A stretch of 64,000 nucleotides of DNA from Takakia lepidozioides (taxonomy: Eukaryota; Plantae; Bryophyta): positions 46,004,001 through 46,068,000 of the forward strand of contig CM060733.1 in the NCBI GenBank assembly GCA_030704615.1, written 5' to 3'. Each line of letters opens with the position of its first letter. The first letter of the stretch is position 1. A model generated the notes under the pieces. That model saw only the letters and a program-made list of their open reading frames with translations, ran no database searches and was not told where the DNA came from. Positions 21,217 through 42,290 of the stretch are shown one piece after another. Position numbers and translations under genes: made by a program.

Positions 21217-23364
21217 CCGTTCTTCTGTAAAAATCTCCAAACTTTGTGGGAAGGAAGTTTCTGGTTAGGGAATGGAGAGGGCTGAAGGACAGCTCTTTGC
21301 AGAACAATGCATTCTCATGTTGTAACCCTAAACCTGCGCTGTTCAACTTCTGAGAGCCAATGGTAGTGTTCTCAACCAGCAGGTACGCAGGGTAATGATC
21401 GAGGTGCTGGGTTGATCAAGGGGGCCAGATGAGATATACTTTGTTTGGTGGTTTACTTTCCATCATGGAGTTGCTTATCCTCTCCCCTCTTCTTCCCCTC
21501 TTCTCTTCAGGTCCTCCATTCTTCTTCTGGATAATGAGAGGAGGGTATATGCTTATACATGCTACAGAAACAGAATATTGCAGTCTCTCCAATCTGTCTT
21601 CCTGCTATATATCTACCTTCCTCATAGACTGACTGGCAGAAAAGGGCTGCCGGCATCTACTATTGCATGCAGTTAAGTTGGGGCAAGTCAAATTTTAGAC
21701 AGGTTAAGATATTTGATGCCTTTTTTGAAGTGTTGAGAATCGCCACTCAGACTTCTGGTGGAGCTTTGGAGTTTGCCAGTATGAACGAGGCCCAAAACGA
21801 CCAATAATGACACTTTAAAATGGCAATGGCAGCTGCTGTGAAGCTTCAATTACTTTGTAGTGTGAACACCATGTCCAGAAGGAGAGCCATATCAGGGGTC
21901 AGAAGTATGACCAAGACATCTCTGAAATCTTTTTTTTGTGAGGTGGGTACTTCATCACTTGTTCTAAGGGTAGCCTGTGCTTGTCCACAAAATATACCTC
22001 TCAATGGTGTTTGATATGCCTCTGGCATTTTATTGGTCACTTCCTACATCGTACTGTCCTTGAGTTCTTTTGGTACAAGGGTAGGGGTCAGAACAACTCA
22101 ACTGTAGTTTTTCATCAAGCCTCATTCTATGTGCTGTTTTGCTGGTGTAAAGTCTGTGGTAAACAAGCAAATCACCATGTAAGAATTCTATGTAACAACT
22201 TGGGTAGAGAGACAAAAAGATGGAAGAGAGAACATTATGACAGTGTGAAACATTGAACAAAGGGATTGACCCACACAAGTAACAGTGGGTACTTTCTACA
22301 AGTACTTGGTAACTACAAAATGCTCTTCCAGAGTGAAGAAATCTGAACACCACCTCATACAGCCAGTTCTATCATTTATAGAAAGCTTTCACTGGCATTC
22401 TTCCAGCAAGACTAGTGAGTGCAAAACATGACATGTTAAATGTGATACTCTTTGACAACATGCAGCCTTGCAGCAGCTGTCTTGAGAAGATGTGAAGATG
22501 CAGACATTGCTGCACGGTGAGGGAGTCCACACACAGTCATGATGATAAGTACAGGGTTTTGCTACCAAGAGACTATGCAATATTAAGCAAAAAAATTGTA
22601 CACTTGTTTCAACCTACGTTGGGATGTACGTGCATCAGAATGTAAACCAGACGGATAAAAACATCACACTTAAACGCTTTGTAGACATGAGATTTCTGCA
22701 AAGCTGACCTGCAATAATCAGTATTGAGCTGGTGTTCTGTTGGTACATATTCATTCTGCACAAGATCAGTTCTTCAAAGTAGTAGTATTCAGCATGATCA
22801 TGCAAAAAGGCATGAATGTCACCCCGCACACTTGCCAATCTTACCACCAGATCTAAGTTGCTTAGTATCTAACTCTCATTCATTTAGCACATTCCCTTCC
22901 TCATGGATCTAGATGATGTACCCCAGATTCAAATGGTTGCAAAGGCCAAATGGGAAGTGAAACCCAAAAACCAGCACACCAGCACATGCCCATTAGCTAT
23001 ATTGGCACAACTAAAGATTGTGAGTTGTTTTGCTGCAATGATCAGTCAATCTATCCCTAGCTCACTTATACTGAGACGAAAGCCGGGGAGGCGAATGGGC
23101 TTTTTTGTGTCTCTCTCTCTCTGTCCCATAAGCTCTATGAGTTTCCGCGGAGGACGTTATAAAGCACCATTTTCATTTCATTTCTCATATCGTTCACATG
23201 TCAATGGGAACTCTCTTGATTGAAGTGACCTATTGGGTTTCCTGTTTGGGATCAAAGGTGAAATGATATACCGAGAGCTCTCACCCAACCATATGAACTC
23301 AGCAAGCCAATGTTCCTCCATATTTCTACTCGAGGTCCATGCCAATATACTTATCATCAGTTAG

Positions 23365-31785
<8,421 letters not shown>

Positions 31786-32338
31786 ATGGGTGTGACTAAC
31801 GTCATTCCTTAACTATCTCGAGCTGACCACCTTTCAAAATGCAGCGACTGTCTAGATGCTAGTGGTCAACTGAAAAGTGTCATGATTGTTCTGTTTGCCA
31901 GTGTTTGTCGCAATCTGAGTCTTTTGTCCCTCCAAGGTCAATGCAATGTCTGAAATTTCAGTAAAAGTTACTGGGAAGCGATAGATTCAGCTATTTTCCT
32001 GGTTTGTCAAGTTATCGGAAAAGGGATGGCAGACCTGGTTATTGGAGCACTGGTCCAATAACAGTACAACAAGGGTTGTTATACTAACACCTTATCCTTT
32101 TGCAGTCTGACACTATGTCAGCTATGAAGCTTGTGTAATGTGTTTATGATGGAAGATTTCACGGAAGTGACCAAAATGCTTACTCTATGCCGCAATCTCT
32201 CATGTTAGATCAACAAATCTTCCTATATTTTTGCCTAAAAGTTCGTTGTACATCTCTCTTTAGTTCTTTCCCACACTTTGTTTGTGTTGGCATCTTATGA
32301 AACATGTCTCTAATGGCTTCCTACCATTTCTGTCATTT

Positions 32339-35191
32339 GCACAACATCATGGAGAAAATAAGGATATAAGCCATACATGCACATGTTTGGCTGAATATTT
32401 CAGAATTGAGATCCACTTAGGTGACACATTCCCAAATGCCAGTGCCAGGACATTCTAACATTAGATCCATCCATCTAGGAGAAGAACTGACAAGCCGCCA
32501 CCGAAGACCTATAGGTAAAGCCAAAGTTGGATGAGGAACTAGAGATGGTGGTTGTTACCTCTGAGCGTGAGCAGAATCCAATTAAATCCAGTTAAGCTTG
32601 AGCAGATCGGAGAAGCAAAGCCTATATCTAGCAAAGCCTATATCCGTGGATAGGAAGGGGCATATTACCGCGGAGTTATTATATCATAAACCAATGATTT
32701 TGATAAGTGCAAATTGATAAGTCCCTTATCAACCGTTTAGGCATTTTTGCGCCTAATAATTATGCCTCTCATTTTATAATAATTGGACGTTATGGCGCAC
32801 GCGCGAGCTGACTGGTGGGCCCCGCGCACAGACGAGGGCCCCCCCCCCGGCTGCGCGCAGTCGCCCAGCCGCGCCCCCAGTCCGCCCGCCAGTCCGCTGC
32901 CCATGAGTCCGCCACCCCGCCAGTCCCCGCCAGTCCACCCAACAATCCGCCGTGCCCGTCTGCTGCCCCCAGTCCGCGCCGGCCGAAGGATCTGGATCGT
33001 CCATTCTAAGAAACCCATCCGCGTCATCCATGTTTAGGGCATGGAAAATCACAACATCCTACCACGAACTCGGCCACTCATTCTTGTTGTCTCGTTCTTG
33101 CGGCTCTTTGTTGTCGAATGTTGCGGAGTTGACTTTGCACGCACGCGGCTGTTCTTCTTGTTTAGGGTCGAATTTAATAACGATGAAAGGTGTACCTAAA
33201 CATGAGAGGGCTGGCGGGGCTCTACAGCCACCATCGTGCTTCCACTATTTTCGCCTTCGTTTTGTGCTAAAGTGGTTTTTTTTAGGACGATATGTGGAAA
33301 AATTGCATGCGTTTACGGTTTGTGGTGTGTGTGAGAGTCCGAGCTCCTTCGTATGGAGCAGGAAACCATTGATAACACGATAGCTTTTGTGCGTGTTAGC
33401 TTTTTGAGTCGCGGAGAGTCGCGTGAGTACCGAACCGTCGCCTCCGCAACACGTCCGGCGCGCTTTTCTTTGTACTTTGGTTTCTTTCCATTCTCTTTTC
33501 CGGTCTTCTCTGCTTTCTTATTCTTAGTCGCTCCATATCGGAGGCTGTCTGTCACTCATTGTCGCTGCATCTCTTGTCTGATTCTGCAACCATGGAGGAT
33601 GTTTGTAAAAAGAGTGGAGCGGGCTGGTTGCATTTTGTGCACAAGTCCAGGCTAAGGAGTGAAGGTACTGGTATTCACCTGAGGAGTATGATGCGAAAAT
33701 AGTCGAAGCATTCTTAGACCTCCGCGCAATCAAGCCTGCAGACTTCATGGAGCAGAAGGATAAGCACAACATCATGGAGAAAATAAGGATATAAGCCATA
33801 CATGCACATGTTTGGCTGAATATTTCAGAATTGAGATCCACTTAGGTGACACATTCCCAAATGCCAGTGCCAGGACATTCTAACATTAGATCCATCCATC
33901 TAGGAGAAGAACTGACAAGCCGCCACCGAAGACCTATAGGTAAAGCCAAAGTTGGATGAGGAACTAGAGATGGTGGTTGTTACCTCTGAGCGTGAGCAGA
34001 ATCCAATTAAATCCAGTTAAGCTTGAGCAGATCGGAGAAGCAAAGCCTATATCTAGCAAAGCCTATATCCGTGGATAGGAAGGGGCATATTACCGCGGAG
34101 TTATTATATCATAAACCAATGATTTTGATAAGTGCAAATTGATAAGTCCCTTATCAACCGTTTAGGCATTTTTGCGCCTAATAATTATGCCTCTCATTTT
34201 ATAATAATTGGACGTTATGGCGCACGCGCGAGCTGACTGGTGGGCCCCGCGCACAGACGAGGGCCCCCCCCCCGGCTGCGCGCAGTCGCCCAGCCGCGCC
34301 CCCAGTCCGCCCGCCAGTCCGCTGCCCATGAGTCCGCCACCCCGCCAGTCCCCGCCAGTCCACCCAACAATCCGCCGTGCCCGTCTGCTGCCCCCAGTCC
34401 GCGCCGGCCGAAGGATCTGGATCGTCCATTCTAAGAAACCCATCCGCGTCATCCATGTTTAGGGCATGGAAAATCACAACATCCTACCACGAACTCGGCC
34501 ACTCATTCTTGTTGTCTCGTTCTTGCGGCTCTTTGTTGTCGAATGTTGCGGAGTTGACTTTGCACGCACGCGGCTGTTCTTCTTGTTTAGGGTCGAATTT
34601 AATAACGATGAAAGGTGTACCTAAACATGAGAGGGCTGGCGGGGCTCTACAGCCACCATCGTGCTTCCACTATTTTCGCCTTCGTTTTGTGCTAAAGTGG
34701 TTATTTTTTAGGACGATATGTGGAAAAATTGCATGCGTTTACGGTTTGTGGTGTGTGTGAGAGTCCGAGCTCCTTCGTATGGAGCAGGAAACCATTGATA
34801 ACACGATAGCTTTTGTGCGTGTTAGCTTTTTGAGTCGCGGAGAGTCGCGTGAGTACCGAACCGTCGCCTCCGCAACACGTCCGGCGCGCTTTTCTTTGTA
34901 CTTTGGTTTCTTTCCATTCTCTTTTCCGGTCTTCTCTGCTTTCTTATTCTTAGTCGCTCCATATCGGAGGCTGTCTGTCACTCATTGTCGCTGCATCTCT
35001 TGTCTGATTCTGCAACCATGGAGGATGTTTGTAAAAAGAGTGGAGCGGGCTGGTTGCATTTTGTGCACAAGTCCAGGCTAAGGAGTGAAGGTACTGGTAT
35101 TCACCTGAGGAGTATGATGCGAAAATAGTCGAAGCATTCTTAGACCTCCGCGCAATCAAGCCTGCAGACTTCATGGAGCAGAAGGATAAGC
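32339..35191. repeat. Near-perfect tandem duplication of about 1425 bp (32339-33765 / 33764-35191)
   Basis: Identical ORFs recur at an offset of 1425-1426. The only difference I noticed is a 1-nt indel at tggtt(a)tttttt. The junction has a GC microhomology. Confidence 0.95.
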
Positions 35192-36616
35192 TCCACTGTC
35201 CCTTCTGTAAGGAAATTATCAAGGTCAAAGTGCAGGTAAATCACCATTGTGCTGACACGGGTTGCAAAAACAAGCGCCATATCCCACCTGGCTTCAAGCC
35301 ATGGCCAATTCAAAGTTCAATGAGGGTGGTTCATGCGGCCATCTCCAGACTCCGCGGCGCAAACCCAAAGGCCCGCACTTTGGCGGAAGTGCGCGCACGG
35401 TATGGGGTGGGTTCTACTGTTTTAATGCAAGATGTGCAAGACCTGACATCGCCATCACCTGTGGCTCCCAAAAAAAGAAACTTAGTGATGGGGCCCAAAA
35501 GAAGGAAAGAGAAAAGGCTGCAAGGTCCACTCGGGAGGCCAGGGCAAGATCTCAACAGCAGACTCGCCCCCAAGGCAGTTGGGAAGGGTCACGGGCTATG
35601 CCAGGGAGACGGTCTACGTAGCAGACGCAGACCATCAGTAGTTCAAGTGAGAGTCAGTCTGTTGAGCCGTCTGCAGACATCATCCGGAATGATGAATTCG
35701 CAGGTTTGGGAGGGGTTTCATCTCCCGTCGACATTGTCTTGCCTGACCAGTCGAGGGCCCATATGGACGAAGTCCAGTCAAAAGAGACTAGCAGTGGAGT
35801 TTGTCTTGGCACATTGCGCCTGATACCTTTTGGGCTTCTCCCATCGGTGTGCCCACCAGTGGACAATTCCAGAGTTCTTCCGTTTTTTCTACAATTTCGC
35901 CCAGTCCGGACAACTCAGCAGAACCATTAGAGCAGCGGAGGAAAATTGGTTGAGCTCCCTTGAAGATGAGGTGGACATCTGTGTCGACAACGACGACGAG
36001 GTAATACCCAATCTGTCCCCACAGTTGGTAGTCTACTTGCTCGGTCTGCTACATCAGTCTGCTTGTGGACTTGTTGGTTAGTCCCATGAGTTTGCTCGTC
36101 TTGCTTCCTGAGTCCAGTAGTACAGTCCCCTCCTGCAGTCCATTGTAGGTGCGCAAATGTCTGTTGTCATAGAGTCTGCTGGTTCAGTCTACTATACGTG
36201 CGCAGGTGTCTCTTGCCATTGAGTCTGTTGGAGTCCACTCGTTCATTTATTCTGTGCCACGATGCTGGTGAGTCTGCTGGTGAGTCTGATGTTGAGTTTT
36301 TGGGTTTTCTGTCATATACCAGAATGAACGAGCCAGTATTCGGGAGGCCATGTGTGCTTGGCGGACGGTGAGCTCCAACCCTCCTTTAGCAGTGAATGCG
36401 GTGCGCTGGGAAGTGGAGCAGGTGCGGGAGTACATATTGTTCAAGTACCCTGGCTTAGCAGATGCCATAGCAGCACTGGACTCTGTTAACAAAGCACGCG
36501 CCAACTTTCCGGTCAACACCATACTGACTGCAGACTTGGTGGACACAGGACCCACCCAATCTGGCATCCAGCAGACTTTTGCCCACCAGACTCTTTCCCA
36601 ACATACTCCCATCTAG
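35018..36616 (+). pseudogene. Degenerate accessory gene of element 2, with a Zn-finger-like motif, convergent with the transposase
   Basis: Coding-like segments in shifting frames: YWYSPEEYDAKIVEAFLDL...HCPFCKEIIKVKVQVNHHC..GCK; WTIPEFFRFFYNF...WLSSLEDE; and an exon IREAMCAWRTVSSNPP...EYILFKYPGLADAIAAL. Frameshifts and stops are present. Confidence 0.5.
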
Positions 36617-36754
36617 GAGGTTAGCTATTTCATGAGCATGAGCGGCATGAGCGGAGTAGCAAAACAATCGGCTTTCATGAGCAGAAGTACAAATTTCGAA
36701 AATAAAAAACATTATAAAACATTAATTTAATGGAATGTGTCAGAAAAAACAAAT

Positions 36755-37170
36755 ATATTATTCGGCACCTTGAAGGGGAAATTGTAGTTTTGAGAGTTGT
36801 GCTCATGATATTTCGTCTTCCGCTCATGCCAATTCCCAGCGACATGTGCAAAAATGGCGCCGAATTTCGCGGTAATAGGGTCCGTAACCGGAAAGAATCG
36901 CGACGTATTTCGCGGTAATAGGTCTCTCTGGCGAAAAATGGTGCCGGATTCCGCGGCTATAGGTCCCCTCAAGACAGGTGTATAAGCCCAAAATTTGGAA
37001 ATGTGGCGCCGAATTTCGGTACATGGTGCCGGGGATTGCACAGATGTTGGGCAATTCTGGCCATGTAACAGGAAATTCGGCGCCATTTTTCCAGACACAG
37101 GGGTACCAGTGCATGTTGGGACTTAGCTAGTTTTCGGCCCAAAATAGAGAAATTCGGCGCCATTTTTCCA
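36755..37170. repeat. Dispersed AAAATGGCGCCGAATTTC-type motif cluster downstream of the transposase
   Basis: Multiple copies in both orientations (aaaatggcgccgaatttc, aaaatggtgccggattcc, gaaattcggcgccatttttcc) plus a cgcggtaatagg repeat. Confidence 0.8.
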
Positions 37171-37326
37171 GAAATGGCCCCACAACTACTTCTGTTGGAT
37201 CTCAGTTTGAATGGAATATTGCCTCATTCCAGGAGTTTTGGGGTGCATTTCATTACACTGCAAAAAAAAATCTGATACATGAAAATGCAATTGAAAATAT
37301 CCATATGGAGGATTCCCTTTGCCCCA

Positions 37327-40300
37327 TCAATGACTTCTGGAATCCCTAAGGAGGAGTTTGTGCAGCTCGTTCACGCTCAACGCCGGTGCATGAATAAAGT
37401 CATCAATAGTCACGTTCATCCTCAACCTCTTTAGGTAAATGTAATACAGATGCTTGCACGGATAATACTTTGAACCCTTCTTTGCTTCCATCAACGAGAA
37501 GTCCGTACAATTGCAAGTCGGCTCCACTCCAATCATAATTGTGTATACATCGTCGCGTACAGCCGAGCCGGCCGTTGCCATCCGATAAACACGCCCAAGG
37601 CCGGGTGGAGGTACGTCCACGGAGCTCTGAATAGTGCAAGCCATCCCAAGAGCATTGGCAATCCGAGTCTCATTCAACTTGTTGGGAGGGTGTCGTTTCT
37701 TCACTCTTCCGAATCGCATTGTGGGATGTGCAGAATTGTCCAATCCGTCTCTACTGGACCGAGCAGTCTGCAATGGTTGGGTCTAAGGAACTGGAAATGC
37801 GTGGACCGGGACGTCTGTGCGTTGCACCATTCGAAATCCTGCTGCAGATAGAGCATCCGCCTCATTCTGAGAGAGGCTGCAACCCGGTGCAATAGGCCAG
37901 ACGCCCGGAGGCTCCGGCATTCCCTGAATCCCGTACTTGGGCTTGCCAAATACACAGGTCATTATGTCGTGCCTACAGAACCAAAACGTCTGCGTTGTGG
38001 CGTAAGCAAATGTGGGAGTCAAAAATCTACCGCTGAAACAAGGTGCAGGTACAGCACCGTGTAGGTTCCTCCGAATCATCTCACCACAGCGTGCTCTCGT
38101 ATCCACCCGAATGGCGCAGCACTTCCCTCGAAATGCCGGCAATGTCCTTGCAATTCTCCACTGTGACTCCGACACTCTTGTCTCCACAATGGGTATGTTG
38201 TATTGCGTTACTACAGATGGCTCGTTATGTTCCTCGGGCACGTGCCCTTTGCTCAAAGGAGATGACGATCTTGAACGTGCAGGACTTGCGGTGCTCGACG
38301 AGACCTCCTCGGGCAACATCACAGGACCACGAGGGAGCGTGCGAATATTCTTGTCAGCTCGCCATGAATCCTCTTCCCCGCCAGGTGCCTCGTCACGTCT
38401 TCGTCTCACTGGACGGGTATGAACATCTCCTTCCAAATGTTGGCCTCTTCGAAGCAATGGCGTGTCCCGAAGGCCCTCTCGCAAGGCCGCCGCCCACTTC
38501 CGAGGATTCTTCGATCTGGAGGCAGTCCGCATCAGCATTTCCTGCCTGTCCGGCCCCAAGCCCCACTGTTTCCCTTTCAAGAACTCGTTGTATCTGCATT
38601 GCTGCATAATTGACCTCACAATGTCCTCCGTTGTGGCAGTGAGGATGTCCACCAGATGCGCCGCAGAGGAGGCACACCAGGAAGAATGCACTGATTCGGC
38701 CATGTTTGTCGTGTGCATGTCGGTGTCGGAGTCGAGACACATTTCCTGCACAAGCACATGTTGAGGTTACAAGCAAGTTACAAATAATGCCAAGAATAAT
38801 ATTCAACGGGACGCGAATTCATGCAACTCACCTCCCGCATATAGTCGCCGAACTGGAGGAAACAATAATGCCACCATGCTAGCCAACTGACCATTGCTCC
38901 CTCGTCTGATTTCCTTACAGCACCTGTTGATGTCCACCAAGCCCATATACATGCAAACTGTGTCTCTGCATCATCCAAGGTGGGAGCGCGCTTCCACGCA
39001 AGACACATGGAACGGTGCTCCTCTCTGAAATCTGGCGCCACGAGCCTGGTTGTGTACTGCGAAAGGCTCTGCAGAAAATGGAACCCACAAGATCTCTCCT
39101 TGCCTTCCATGGGAACATTGGGGTCTTGCCCGTACACCCTTCGGATGGCAGCCCAATTTGCTTGTGCGTTGTCCGCCATGAAACCACGGAAATTGGGAGG
39201 GGGCAATCCCGCCTTGGCCATCTGTTCGTTTATTCCCTGCCAAAGAAGCATCTCCGATTGTGTGTTCTCTCCTTTCATCTCACAAATAGCAATTGTCATT
39301 AGCATCCTGCAGTGGGTGTCGTAGACATGTGCACCCATTGTCACCCACTGGTGATTTGTAATTCGCTTGATATGGTCGAACATGACCCAACTGTTTGACA
39401 AGTCCCCACTCGTCATCCTGTCGACCAGTTCGACGCCGCTGCCAGGTCCACACGTGGACATTTTGAATACGAAACAACGATCTGCCTCAGTCCCTTGTCC
39501 TGGAAACCTACTTCCATGAATGTAGTCATATCCACATCGTCGCTTCACCTCCAGAATGGAGTGCATATCCGAGCCATGCCCAATTTTCTGTTTGCATGAG
39601 ACAATGTGCTTTCGGACATTCGGTGAACATACGTGGGACACCGACTCCAGCAATGCCTCCATTTCCTTCTCATCGAGAGGAACTCTATCGGAGCCGTCTT
39701 CCGACATAATTTTGGCCAAGGCCATCTTATGGGCGGCTTGGAGTTGTATCTGTTTGGGTTTGGCACCCGGTCTCAACTTAACCTCCTCCTGAACGAGCTC
39801 CTCTGCCTTGTGGGCAGCCTCCCGCGAGTTCCCCCTCGCCAATTTGTGACAATGGGAACCAACGTGTATGCAAACTCGGGTGAGGTCAGGGAAACGGTGC
39901 AACACATAGAACTGCTTGGCATTACAAACAGACATGCAGTGTGGTGGTTCTTTGCAATGCGCACACTTAAATATGGAGTTCGGAACCTTCTCCTGAGCAC
40001 GAAATGGTTGATGAGTTGTGCCTGTCCAATCGGTCTCGTTCCTGTGACCTCTGGATTTAAAATGGAAGCAAGTTGGGGAGAAACACCGCAACGCGCCCTC
40101 ACAAATAACGTAGCGCACCCGCACACCATCGAGCATCTTCATGCTGGTGGTTTTGGTGACGCACCAAGGATGACCATCATGTTTTCTATCCAAATCTGTC
40201 AACATTCCGGACGCCCTCGAGTAGTCCGTCCAAGGAGGGAACTCAAAGAAGATATTACCGTCGACGTCTGCGGGAAGGCATGTAACCGATTTAATTGCGA

Positions 40301-40919
40301 ACTTGTTGTAGTCCAGCCCGGCCAGCTCCGAGCGGTGTCCCTCCATGTGAAGCCCTCGCAGAATTTCAAGAATAGATCGAACTGCGGTGCTCGTGTTGGG
40401 AATATGACTCCCTCGTCCACTGACGTCCATTGAGGACTTGCCTGATCTCCAGGACGACCTCGGAACTTCCATGACCTCATCTGAGTCGGACAGGTTGAGA
40501 ACAACCCGGTTCTTGCTCGTCTTCATGGATGGGTTCGGCTCTGGATTTACTTCGTTGCGGACTTCTCTCTTTGAGGTAGCCACTCTCTGATTCGCGGATT
40601 GTTTCGTGGAAGGCGCTAGGATAGAAGGTGCATTTGGCGGGCAAATGAAGTCCCCAACAGCCCTGTATATGACGTTGTCCGATGGTGGAACTCGCCATTC
40701 CCTGCCATCGCCGAAATCATCGTGGAGCACAACAATACTCTCGACAACAACGCCGTTTGAGTCCTTCCTTTCCTCCTCCAAAAAAACCGACCCCGGTTTC
40801 AGGTGGTATCGAACGCACAGATATTTCTCCATCACCCGGCAGATGTCCCCTTTGCACGGAAATGAAGCTCTATGCTCGTGAGGAGGGCAGTACACTGTAG
40901 CGCTCGGGTTTTCCGCCAT
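37327..40919 (-). CDS. Mutator-like DDE transposase with GCM/WRKY-like Zn domain and C-terminal SWIM; one premature stop
   Basis: Exon 1 (40919-38832): DGHPWCVTKT...CEGALRC...CAHC...C...HVGSHCH, WVMFDH, FMADNAQA, CGFH. An 86-nt GT-AG intron spans 38831-38746. Exon 2: TTNMAESVH, an in-frame TAG at 37785-37783, then SWIM CNCTDF...CKHLYY. Confidence 0.85.
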
Positions 40920-41129
40920 GGGAGATGTGCACACAAGACTCCCAGGATGGCGTGCGGGCAAGCTCCCTGGTAGAAGGGGGATGCAGCGATGGGAAGGAAT
41001 GCGGTGCCGATTTGTCCGAGCGATGAAGCCTGATCCAAATCCAGGGAGCCAACTATCTCAAAAATCCACAGTCAGAGTGTTAATGAACCTAGTCTCTGGA
41101 ATGCGGCCCCTGGTCTTTGCGCAATAACT

Positions 41130-42290
41130 GCCAACGGTATGCAGTCAGAAAGTGGGGGGCCGTCCGGATGATGTCGGCTGAAGGGGAGAAGCCGGCACCG
41201 TGCCGTCACATTACTACCCCCGGATGAAAATTCGGCACCGAATATCCAACAGGGGCCGCACGTATGAAGTCGCCTCGGGCAGAGAGGCCGGAACCTGTCC
41301 GACAGAGAACAACCCCCGGATGGAAATTCAGCGCCGAATTTCCATTCGGATCCTCCCAAAGGAAGTCGTGTCGGGGGGTCAGGCCGAAAACTGACCGACA
41401 TAATTTCCATCCGAGGCCGTTCGGATGCAGTCGGCTCGGGGGAAAGGCCGCCACCTGGCCCTTACATTACAACCCCCGGACGGAAATTTGGCACCGAATA
41501 TCCAACAGGGGAAGCCCGGATGAAGTCGCCTCGGGCGTAGAGGCCGACGCGTGTTCCACAGAGAGCATCCCCTGGATGGAGATTCGGCGCCGAATTTCCA
41601 TCCGGGCCCCCCCAAACGAAGTCATGTCGGGGGGGCAGGCCGAAAACTGGCCGACATAAAAACCTTCCCAGATGGGAAAACGGCGCTGAATTTCCATCCG
41701 GGGCTGTTCGGATGCAGTCGGGGAGGGGGGAGAGGCCGGCACCTGGCCATCACATTTCAACCCCCGGACGGAAATTCGGCACCGAATATCCAACAGGGGA
41801 CACCCGGACGAAGTCGCCTCGGGCAGAGAGGCCGGCACTTGTCCGACAGAGACCATCCCCCGGATGGAAATTCGGCGCCGAATTTCCATCCGGGCCCCCT
41901 CAAAGGAAGTCCGGTCGGGTGGTGAGGCCCAAAACTGGACGATATAAAAACCTCCCAGGATGGAAAAACGGCGCCGAAGTTCCGTGCGGGGCGGTTCGGA
42001 TGCAGTCGGGGAGGGGGGAGAGGCCGACACCTGGCCATCACATTTCAACCCCCGGACGGAAATTCGGCACCGAATATCCAACAGGGGACGCCCGGACGAA
42101 GTCGCCTTGGGCGTAGAGGCCGGCACCTGTCCAACAGAGACCATCCCCCGGATGGAAATTCGGCGCCGAATTTCCATCCGGGCCCCCTCAAAGGAAGTCC
42201 GGTCGGGTGGTGAGGCCCAAAACTGGACGATATAAAAACCTCCCATGATGGAAAAACGGCGCCGAATTTCCGTCCGATGCCGTTCGGATT
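41130..42290. repeat. Tandem array of about four 288-bp units, each containing three palindromic motifs
   Basis: gttcgga recurs at 41419, 41706, 41994 and 42282. There is a perfect 36-bp palindrome CCCGGATGGAAATTCGGCGCCGAATTTCCATCCGGG at 41859-41894 and variants. Confidence 0.92.

Noticed and set aside
41130-42290. CRISPR-like array (palindromic repeats at regular spacing)
   Set aside because: The 'spacers' themselves repeat with a 288-bp period, there are no cas genes, and the context is a eukaryotic transposon.
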